A program made the translations under genes and the position numbers. The notes under the pieces were generated by a model that was not told the origin of the DNA, did not search any database, and saw only the letters and a list, made by a program, of their open reading frames with translations. DNA of 64,000 bases from an uncultured Acidobacteriaceae bacterium (GTDB lineage Bacteria; Acidobacteriota; Terriglobia; Terriglobales; Acidobacteriaceae), in NCBI GenBank assembly GCA_963720815.1, contig CAVRGX010000005.1:733736-797735 (forward strand), read 5' to 3'. Positions 56,310-64,000 of the stretch are shown one piece after another. Position 1 is the stretch's first letter. The number at the start of each line of letters is the position of its first letter.

Positions 56310-58721
56310 ATGCTTACTAGTTCCACCACGACGCAGCACGATGAGACGGAGCGGCTCAAGTCTCTTCTTCAGTACGATATTCTCGACACGCTGCCCGATC
56401 CAGCGTTCGATGAAATCGCTCGCATGGCGGGTTCCATCTGCAATGCGCCCTACGCGTTCATCGGGTTTCTTGACTGGTCTCGCATCTGGTTCAAGTCGAC
56501 TGTAGGATTTACTGCTCGCCAGAGTCGCCGGACCGGCTCTCCCTGTCAGTTTCTGCTGCTCGAAGGTAAACCGTTGCTGGTGAGCGATGCCCTGGCGGAC
56601 CATCGCTTCGCCCCCGCAGGCATCTTCCTCGACCGCGGTGTTGTTTGCCGCTCGTATGCGGCCGCTCCGTTATTTTCTCCTGCCGGAACCATCCTCGGAT
56701 CGCTCGCGGTTTGCTCCTCGGAGCCGCATGCCTTCAGCCGAAACCACCTCGAAAGCCTGCAGATTCTCGCCCGGCAAATCGTGACTCGTCTTGAACTGTA
56801 TGCCACCGGCCATGTGCACGAGAACGTTGTCCGCTCGCGCCAGCGATCGGAGCAGGCGCTTACAGTCGAACGGAACTTTGTCGCTGCCGTGCTCAACACC
56901 ATCAGTGCCCTGGTGCTGGTGTTTGATACGGCCGGCCGCATTGTGCGCTTCAATCGCGCATGTGAAGCTACCTCTGGATATACCTTCGCCGACCTCGCTG
57001 GACGATCTTTTCCGGAAGAGCTGTTTCCTCCATCGGAACGCGAAACCGCGATTCGCATTTTCGAACAGGTGCGCGCCGGCAATGCGAACCAATCCTATGA
57101 GATCGACTGGAGCTCCAAGTCAGGAAGGATGCGGCATATCGCGTGGACCGCGACTTCACTGACGAATACGCAGAACGAAGTCAGTTTCGTGATCATGACC
57201 GGCGTCGACGTGACCGAGCAACGTCAGGCAGAAGCCTCTCTGCGCAGCAGCGAGGAACGCTACCGGCAACTCGTGGAAAGCAGCCTGGGCTTCATTTGCA
57301 CGCACAACCTCGAGGGTGTGCTTCTCTCAATCAATTCGCACGCATGCGAAATTCTTGGCTATCAACCCGAGGAACTTGTCGGTACTCTGCTAAGCAATTA
57401 CGTCGACCCGGGCCACCTTGCCGAGTATGAGGCTTACTTTGCCACGCTCAAACAGGAACCGGATCAGGACCACCAGGGCCGTTTTTACCTGCGTGGCAAG
57501 GCAGGTCAGCTTTGCATCATTGCTTATCGCAACAAGCTCCTGCAGTTTCCTGGTGTCGAGCCCTTCGTGCTCAGCCATGGCATCGATATTACGGAGCAAA
57601 CGCAAGCCGAGGAAGAGCTCAACGTGCTGACCCGGCAGCACCAATCGATTCTCGATTCGGTCGGTGACGGCATCTGGGGCATAGATCTTGAAGGCCGCTG
57701 CACCTTTGTCAATCGCAGTGGAGCCGGCATGCTCGGTTATGAGCCGCATGAGCTGCTAGGCCAGAATATGCACGCTCTCCTGCACTATGCGCGCGCTGAC
57801 GGCACGCCTTATCCCGCGGAACAGTGCCCCATCTCGGGAAGCCTCAAACGCGACACGCCCTTGCATGTGGATGACGATGTCTTCTGGTGCAAAGACGGAA
57901 AGTCCTTGCCGGTCGAATACGTTGCCTGTCCTCTGCTCGAGAATGGCCGCGTGGATGGTATTGTCGTCGCCTTCACCGATGTGACAGAGCGGCGCCGCCT
58001 CGATCAAATGAAGGACGAATTCATCTCCACCGTGAGCCACGAGCTGCGCACGCCGCTCACCTCCCTGCGCGCGGCTCTGGGCCTGGTCGCTGGGGGCGCC
58101 CTGGAGAGCCGGCCAGAAAAGATTCCGCAGATGCTGGATCTTGCGCTGAGTAACTGCGATCGGCTGGTGCGGCTGGTCAACGATATCGTCGACTTCGAAC
58201 GCATTGGCAGCGGGAACTTGCCCTTGCATTACAGCGAATGGAATTCCATTGAGCTGTTACGCCGCGCCATGGATCTGGAACGAGGCGACGCTACGCGCGC
58301 CGGTCTTACCTTCCGCATCGATGCACAGCCGGTCGATGTGTGGGTGGATGGTGATCGCATCCTGCAGGTGCTGGGAAATCTGATCCGCAATGCGATCAAG
58401 TTTTCCGAGAAGGGTGGAGAGATTCGTCTCGCTGCCCGTGCCACCGGCGAGAAAGAAGTCACGTTTGAGGTACAGGATCAGGGAGCCGGCATTCCGACGG
58501 AAAAGCTGGATATGATTTTCGAACGCTTCCAGCAAGCAGACGCTTCCGATTCGCGCTTGCGCGGCGGCACTGGCCTTGGTCTTGCCCTATGCCGCGGCCT
58601 CATCAACCAGCACGGCGGCCACATCTGGGCAAAGAGCAATCCAGGCAGCGGCAGCACCTTCTACTTCACCGTAGAGCCATTCCTAGCCAAGGCTGACGAC
58701 GGCCTCGATCCCGCGGTATAG
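56310..58721 (+). CDS. multi-sensor histidine kinase (GAF + three PAS/PAC + HisKA + HATPase_c)
   Basis: GAF-like N-terminus, PAS blocks, H-box (STVSHELRTPLTS) and N/G boxes (..NLIRNAIKF.., ..DQGAGIP.., ..GTGLGLALC..). Start chosen at MLTSSTTT; the ORF extends to 56256. Confidence 0.85.
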   Translation: MLTSSTTTQHDETERLKSLLQYDILDTLPDPAFDEIARMAGSICNAPYAFIGFLDWSRIWFKSTVGFTARQSRRTGSPCQFLLLEGKPLLVSDALADHRFAPAGIFLDRGVVCRSYAAAPLFSPAGTILGSLAVCSSEPHAFSRNHLESLQILARQIVTRLELYATGHVHENVVRSRQRSEQALTVERNFVAAVLNTISALVLVFDTAGRIVRFNRACEATSGYTFADLAGRSFPEELFPPSERETAIRIFEQVRAGNANQSYEIDWSSKSGRMRHIAWTATSLTNTQNEVSFVIMTGVDVTEQRQAEASLRSSEERYRQLVESSLGFICTHNLEGVLLSINSHACEILGYQPEELVGTLLSNYVDPGHLAEYEAYFATLKQEPDQDHQGRFYLRGKAGQLCIIAYRNKLLQFPGVEPFVLSHGIDITEQTQAEEELNVLTRQHQSILDSVGDGIWGIDLEGRCTFVNRSGAGMLGYEPHELLGQNMHALLHYARADGTPYPAEQCPISGSLKRDTPLHVDDDVFWCKDGKSLPVEYVACPLLENGRVDGIVVAFTDVTERRRLDQMKDEFISTVSHELRTPLTSLRAALGLVAGGALESRPEKIPQMLDLALSNCDRLVRLVNDIVDFERIGSGNLPLHYSEWNSIELLRRAMDLERGDATRAGLTFRIDAQPVDVWVDGDRILQVLGNLIRNAIKFSEKGGEIRLAARATGEKEVTFEVQDQGAGIPTEKLDMIFERFQQADASDSRLRGGTGLGLALCRGLINQHGGHIWAKSNPGSGSTFYFTVEPFLAKADDGLDPAV

Positions 58722-58772
58722 CTCGCTGCGGCGAGGTAGCTCGCTGCGGCGAGGCTGCTCGCTGCGGTAAGG
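58719..58772. repeat. 18-bp tandem repeat (TAGCTCGCTGCGGCGAGG, 3 copies), reverse complement of the 55895-55940 repeat
   Basis: Read directly. The first unit starts with the TAG stop codon of the kinase gene. Confidence 0.85.
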
Positions 58773-58819
58773 CTGCCCTGCCCGTACCCTTCAAGAAGCA
58801 AGTCTTTCCGTAGTCTGTC

Positions 58820-58930
58820 AGAGCAGAACCAGCACAACTGTACCCAGCGGCAAGGACGCTCGACTGGATTTTTCATCAAGAAAAATCCAACCTCCCCGAT
58901 GTTGACCGGGTACACCTATGCTGGTTCTGC
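58820..58930 (+). repeat. ~110-bp structured repeat family, copy 4 (best-preserved arms)
   Basis: AGAGCAGAACCAGCACAACTGTACCC...GGATTTTTCATCAAGAAAAATCC...GGGTACACCTATGCTGGTTCTGC. Confidence 0.8.
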
Positions 58931-59006
58931 CGCTAAAAGCGGTTTCGCGATCGCATTGAGCCACCGGCAAAATCTGGAGTGTTGGGGCCTTGTTCCGGCC
59001 CCAGCC

Positions 59007-60977
59007 TTACTCTTCGGTCTCGCGCAGCTGCGCGATCACGGAAAAGTCCTCAAGTGTCGTCGTATCGCCCTTGATCTCTCCGTTGGTGGCAAGCTCGCGT
59101 AGCAGTCTGCGCATGATCTTGCCGCTGCGCGTCTTGGGTAACGCCTGCGTAAAGCGAATGTCATCCGGCCGCGCCAACGAACCAATCTCTTTCGCCACCC
59201 ATGCCCGAAGTTCTTCTTTCAGTTCTGGAGATGGATGATGACTGCTCTCCAGAGAAACGAACGCAGCGAGCGCCTGCCCCTTCAGCTCGTGAGGACGCCC
59301 CACGACGGCAGCTTCAGCCACTTTAGGATGGGCCACCAGGGCAGATTCCACTTCCATGGTGCCCAGCCGGTGCCCGCTCACGTTGATGACGTCATCGACG
59401 CGCCCCATGAGCCAGTAATCGCCATCCTGGTCGACGCGTGCTCCGTCGCCGGTGAAGTAGTTGCCCGGCACCTCTGACCAGTACGCCTTGGCATAGCGAT
59501 CGGGATCGTTGAAGATCGTGCGTGCCATGGAAGGCCACGGTTTGCGGACGACAAGCAACCCGCCGCTGCCTGCCGGCACGACTTCGCCCTCGCGGTTCAC
59601 GACGGCTGGCTCGATGCCCAGAAAGGGCCGAGTGGCTGAACCAGGTTTTGTGGGGACCGCACCCGGAAGCGGCGCCAGCATAATAGCCCCAGTTTCTGTC
59701 TGCCACCACGTGTCGACAATGGGGCAGCGCCCCTTGCCGATGGTGTCGCGATACCACATCCATGCCTCGGGGTTGATCGGCTCGCCCACCGTACCCAGCA
59801 GCCGCAAGCTTTCGAGCGAATGCCGAAGAGGGAACTGGTCGCCCCACTTAATGCATGCGCGGATCGCCGTGGGCGCGGTATAGAACACCGTGACCTTGTG
59901 GTCATCCACGATCTTCCAAAGCCGATCTGCCTCGGGGAAATTGGGAGCGCCCTCATACATCACGGTCGTGACGCCGTTCTGCAGGATTCCGTAGATCACG
60001 TAAGAATGCCCGGTGACCCAGCCGATGTCGGCTGTGCACCAGTAAACGTCGTCGGGCTTGAGATCGAAAATCAGCTTGCTCGTGAGATAGGTCTGTACCG
60101 AGTAGCCGCCGGTGGTGTGTACCAGTCCTTTGGGCTTACCTGTTGTCCCCGAGGTATAGAGAATATAGAGCGGGTCTTCGGAATCAAGGGGCTCCGCCGG
60201 GCATTCGGCCGCGGCCTTATCCCATAGATCGTGCCACCATTGATCGCGCCCCGCTTTCATCTCGATGGCCGAGCCGGTGCGCCGGTACACCACGACATTC
60301 TTCACCGTGGGGCAATGGACGAGTGCCTCGTCAACGATCGGCTTCAGGCGGACTTCCTGCCCGCGGCGATACGATCCGTCTTGCGTGATGACCGCGACAC
60401 ACGATGCGTCGTTGATTCGGTCGACCAGGGCGTTCGCCGCGAAGCCGCCAAAAATGACAGAATGAACAGCCCCGATACGGGCGCAGGCGAGCAGGGCGAT
60501 CGCCAGTTCCGGTGTCATGCCCATGTAAATGGCCACCCGGTCCCCTTTGCGAATGCCCAGCCCTTTGAGCACGTTGGCAAACTTTTGCACGTCGCGAAGC
60601 AATTCCGCGTACGTGAGCTTGCGAATCTCGCCGGGTTCGCCTTCCCACAAAATGGCGACCTTGTCTTTTTTCTCGCTCAGAGCGTGGCGATCGACGCAGT
60701 TGTAGCAGAGATTGATCTTGCCGCCCACAAACCAATTGGCCACCGGGGGCTGCCAATCGAGAACCCGGGTCCAGGGCGTGAACCAGTGCAGCTCGCGTGC
60801 GATGCCATCCCAGAAACCTTCCGGGTCTTTAATCGAGCGCCGATACAGCTCTTCATACTCCTCAAGACTCTTTACATGAGCCTTTGCGGCAAATTCAGCC
60901 GGCGGCCCAAAAACCCTGTGCTCGCGCAAGCTGGAAGTTAAATTTGGATCTATCTGCGAATTCGTTCCGGACGCCAT
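59007..60977 (-). CDS. acs: acetyl-CoA synthetase
   Basis: ..[11 protein letters not shown].., ..[29 protein letters not shown].., ..[12 protein letters not shown]... Start chosen at MASGTNSQ; the ORF extends to 61070. Confidence 0.95.
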   Translation of the reverse strand: MASGTNSQIDPNLTSSLREHRVFGPPAEFAAKAHVKSLEEYEELYRRSIKDPEGFWDGIARELHWFTPWTRVLDWQPPVANWFVGGKINLCYNCVDRHALSEKKDKVAILWEGEPGEIRKLTYAELLRDVQKFANVLKGLGIRKGDRVAIYMGMTPELAIALLACARIGAVHSVIFGGFAANALVDRINDASCVAVITQDGSYRRGQEVRLKPIVDEALVHCPTVKNVVVYRRTGSAIEMKAGRDQWWHDLWDKAAAECPAEPLDSEDPLYILYTSGTTGKPKGLVHTTGGYSVQTYLTSKLIFDLKPDDVYWCTADIGWVTGHSYVIYGILQNGVTTVMYEGAPNFPEADRLWKIVDDHKVTVFYTAPTAIRACIKWGDQFPLRHSLESLRLLGTVGEPINPEAWMWYRDTIGKGRCPIVDTWWQTETGAIMLAPLPGAVPTKPGSATRPFLGIEPAVVNREGEVVPAGSGGLLVVRKPWPSMARTIFNDPDRYAKAYWSEVPGNYFTGDGARVDQDGDYWLMGRVDDVINVSGHRLGTMEVESALVAHPKVAEAAVVGRPHELKGQALAAFVSLESSHHPSPELKEELRAWVAKEIGSLARPDDIRFTQALPKTRSGKIMRRLLRELATNGEIKGDTTTLEDFSVIAQLRETEE

Positions 60978-61251
60978 GATTCCCGCACCATCTGTAACCG
61001 TAATAGTTGCAACGTGACTATCGCAGGCCAGAAGCCCGCGACGTTCTATCTCAAACATTCTACTCAGCACTGCACGCTTTTGCTTGTCTGATCGCGTTCC
61101 AGGAAAGAAACGGCAATCTTCCTTAGACTTCTGCGGCGGACGGGGACAAGCGCAAGGCGAACTTGATTGACCCTACGAAAGCCAACAGAAGGCATTGAAT
61201 GGGCACCTGCCGTTGCTTCAGAGTGAAAGAAGGGAAAAGAGCACGACCGCC

Positions 61252-62226
61252 CTATTCTCCCTTGTATCGCTGCTGGTGCCACTCCCAGGCGCTGCGCAAA
61301 ATATCATCCAGTTGCGCATACTTAGGCTTCCATCCAAGCTCGACTCCAATTTTCTCTGAGCTTGCGATCAAAACGCCCGGATCCCCCGGTCTTCGAGGCA
61401 AGTCCTCCACGGGAATCGCGTGCCCGGTCACCCTGCGTGCCGACTCCACCACTTCGCGTACAGAAAAACCAAGTCCGTTGCCCAGGTTGTAGATCATCCG
61501 CTCGCGTTCGTTGAGTGCCTCAAAGGCGAGGAAATGCGCCTCTGCCAGATCGGCCACGTGAATGTAGTCCCGCACGCACGTTCCATCCGCCGTCGGATAG
61601 TCCTGACCGAAAATCTTGATGTCTTTTCTCCGTCCCAACGCCACGTCAAGGATCAAAGGAATCAAATGTGATTCCGGTTCATGCGCCTCGCCGCGCCCAG
61701 GGATTGCCCCCGCCACGTTGAAATACCGCAGGCTCGCATACCGCAGTCCATGCACGCGGTGCATCCAGGCAAGCATCTGCTCCACCAGGAGCTTTGATTC
61801 TCCATAAGCATTGGTTGGGGCAAGCGCCGCGTCTTCCCTGATCGGTGTGCTGACCGGTTCCCCGTAAACCGCCGCAGTGGAAGAAAAGACGAACTTGTTA
61901 ATCTTTTTTTTAAGCATGGCTTCAAACAAGCCCAGGGTTGCCGCGGTATTGTTGCGGAAGTAAATCTCAGGGTGCTTCATGCTTTCCCCGGCTTCAATGA
62001 GCGCGGCAAAGTGCATCACACCAGCGAAGGTATCGCCCTCAAATATTTCTTCAAGCTGTTTGCTGTCAGCAACATCGCCTTCAATAAACGTGGCGCCCGC
62101 GGGTACCATGGAACGCTTGCCGTGGCACAAATTGTCGTATACGACAACCGAGTGTCCGCGCTCCAGCAAGAGGCGGGTCACGGTCCCTCCGATGTAGCCT
62201 GCTCCACCTGTCACTAAAATCTTCAC
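61252..62226 (-). CDS. galE: UDP-glucose 4-epimerase
   Basis: MKILVTGGAGYIGG..., ..YGESK.., SDR extended family, 324 aa. Confidence 0.9.
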   Translation of the reverse strand: MKILVTGGAGYIGGTVTRLLLERGHSVVVYDNLCHGKRSMVPAGATFIEGDVADSKQLEEIFEGDTFAGVMHFAALIEAGESMKHPEIYFRNNTAATLGLFEAMLKKKINKFVFSSTAAVYGEPVSTPIREDAALAPTNAYGESKLLVEQMLAWMHRVHGLRYASLRYFNVAGAIPGRGEAHEPESHLIPLILDVALGRRKDIKIFGQDYPTADGTCVRDYIHVADLAEAHFLAFEALNERERMIYNLGNGLGFSVREVVESARRVTGHAIPVEDLPRRPGDPGVLIASSEKIGVELGWKPKYAQLDDILRSAWEWHQQRYKGE

Positions 62227-62825
62227 GAGTCCACGAGCCCTTCTTGTAGTCTGTAGGAGAGCCTAGTGTAGTTTCCCCGCAGGTGTAAACCAAGCGGGGG
62301 TGCTTGATGTGGTTTTTCAACAGAGCTACAGTTGGCCGTCCACAATTGGCCGTCCTGGTCTGACAGATCAGGTTGAACTGTTTTAAGGGCCGCCACGCGT
62401 GCAACGAATCGTCCGTTGCCATCACTCATCTGGTTGCGGGAAGTGCCGCGCAGGCACGCACGGCGGCGCCCCCCGCAAGGGCTTTGAAAAAGCTCTGGTC
62501 TTCTCCCGAGCTGAGATTCAAAAATCTATGGCCCACACTATGTCACATCGATACACTTCGGTTTCGCACGGCTCCACCTTTGGGTTACTGCATCCCATTG
62601 GAATCTCGTCTATCGTTTGCTTATCGGCAAGTACTTTCGTACCGAGAGATCGGTGTAGTGCTGATGTCGATACGTAGCTCCAGGTTTCTCGGCAAGAGTT
62701 CGGGAGAGTCAAGCAGCTGTCTCGGACACGCGTCTGTTTAAAGGTACGAGTTTTTTCGCTGTTTCGTGGTAACCCTGGCGGCTCGCACGTCACCTTAAGA
62801 CTAGAGAGAATTAGGGATTTCAATT

Positions 62826-63896
62826 ATGCCGAACGAACCACTTCCGATCCGCGCTAATTTTGGGCTTCTGCCAGAACCAGAGGGCCGTTGGGGCTCCTTT
62901 GGAGTCAGTATGGTCACCAACCTCACCATCATGGTGCTGGTGGTGTTGTTGACCGCTGCTGTCCATAAGGTGCAGAAGCAGAAGTATATCGAGACCATGG
63001 TCTTCACCAAGACTGAAGTACCGCCACCGCCCAAGGTGGTGATACCTAAAGTGAAGGTGTTCGCTCCACCCCAACCGGAAGTAGTCAAACTGGAACCGCC
63101 GAAGATCGTGATGCCGAAGATCCAGCCGCCACCTGAAATTCCCAAGCCGGTGAAGCTGGATACGCCCGAGCAGCCCAAGCTTCCGCCGGCGCCTCCGAAG
63201 GCGGTTGCGCCTCCGCCGGCGCCCAAGGTGGGTCTCTTCGATAGCGCGAAGCCGACCGAGGTGGCCAACAACAAAACTGCGCCTTCAGCCCACACCGGCG
63301 GTTTCGGTGACCCGGTTGGCGCCAAGACAAATCCTGATTCCAGCAAGTCGCAACTGGTGGCAGTGGGTGCATTCGCCAATGCCCCCGGTGCAGCGACGGG
63401 AGCTGGCGCAGCACGCAAGGCTGCAGTCGGCGGTACCGCTTTCGGTGCAGGTGTGGCCAACGGCGTTCCCGGCGGCCGCGACCTGGGCAAGGTGGCTTCG
63501 GCCGGTTTCGCCAATGGCGTGGTCGGCGGCACGGGCAAGCCAGGAGGCACCGGTACGGTGTCCAGCGCAGGCTTCTCCAACGTTGGCAGCGCACCGACTC
63601 AGGTTGCCCTCAAGACAAACGAACCAGCCTTCATTCCTCCAGTGGTTATTTCTGAACCGCACCCGGAATACACCGCGGAAGCGGCACAACTCAAGATTCA
63701 GGGCGAGGTAACTTTACAGGTGCGCTTTCTGGCTAGTGGTCAGGTCGAGGTATTGCAAGTAGTGAACGGTCTGGGGCATGGTCTGGATGAGCAGGCAAAG
63801 CACGTCGCCGAGCAAATCCGGTTCAAGCCTGCCATAAAAGACGGGCATCCGGTCGATCACACGACTTTGATTCACGTGACCTTCCAGCTCGCATAG
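62826..63896 (+). CDS. tonB: energy transducer TonB-family protein
   Basis: N-terminal TM anchor, Pro/Lys-rich spacer (PPPPKVVIPKVKVFAPPQPEVVKLEPPKIVMPKIQPPPEIPKP) and a C-terminal TonB domain (..YTAEAAQLKIQGEVTLQV.F...G.V....V..GLGHGLDE.A......FKPA..DG.PV). Confidence 0.8.
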   Translation: MPNEPLPIRANFGLLPEPEGRWGSFGVSMVTNLTIMVLVVLLTAAVHKVQKQKYIETMVFTKTEVPPPPKVVIPKVKVFAPPQPEVVKLEPPKIVMPKIQPPPEIPKPVKLDTPEQPKLPPAPPKAVAPPPAPKVGLFDSAKPTEVANNKTAPSAHTGGFGDPVGAKTNPDSSKSQLVAVGAFANAPGAATGAGAARKAAVGGTAFGAGVANGVPGGRDLGKVASAGFANGVVGGTGKPGGTGTVSSAGFSNVGSAPTQVALKTNEPAFIPPVVISEPHPEYTAEAAQLKIQGEVTLQVRFLASGQVEVLQVVNGLGHGLDEQAKHVAEQIRFKPAIKDGHPVDHTTLIHVTFQLA

Positions 63897-64000
63897 CTGG
63901 TGGCTACCCCAGGTTCTTCGAGCTTTAGTTACACAGATTTTGTTTTCACTTCAGATATCGTTCATTGTGTTTTAGGAGCCAGGAAATGACCCTGCGTCGA

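Overview
High-GC (~58-60%) bacterial chromosomal window. Gene content and the small GC-rich palindromic repeats suggest an Acidobacteriota (Terriglobia-like) genome; this is inference, no search was run. About 55 protein genes are supported, nearly all housekeeping. They include a LuxR-type response regulator plus a REC-HPt protein, ftsK, topA, dprA, mqnA, fabH, ribE-ribD, ftsY, gpsA-plsY, a type-B carboxylesterase, a STAS protein, cinA, pgpA-yacG and rimO. Further along are a Cof-type HAD hydrolase, a lytic transglycosylase, nrdR, an NAD-type isocitrate dehydrogenase, a lysine/DAP cluster (asd-lysC-dapB-dapA-dapD), RNase J, threonine dehydratase and uppP. The rest are two orphan sensor kinases, a branched-chain amino acid cluster on the minus strand (leuA-like, leuB, leuC, leuD, ilvB, ilvN, ilvC) with a divergent LysR regulator, acs, galE and tonB. 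I also recognise a small (4.5S-type) SRP RNA gene at 12603-12699 (-). I see no transposase, integrase, phage, CRISPR-cas, restriction-modification or other recognisable defence or accessory protein system, no rRNA and no tRNA. The unusual content is non-coding or structural. (1) Ten near-identical 90-bp tandem repeats split dapA from dapD. (2) Two virtually identical 207-bp REPIN/MITE-like elements with 24-bp perfect inverted repeats lie 11.3 kb apart. (3) A ~110-bp structured element occurs in four copies, each just 3-prime of and co-oriented with a gene. (4) A 253-bp tandem duplication includes the 3-prime end of the STAS gene. (5) A nested-palindrome MITE-like element and mosaics of small hairpin modules are present, and several of these elements supply the TAG stop codon of the upstream gene. 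(6) Single-base frameshifts interrupt ribD and gpsA, and probably the 3-prime end of topA. All calls rest on reading the sequence and ORF translations; no database search was possible.
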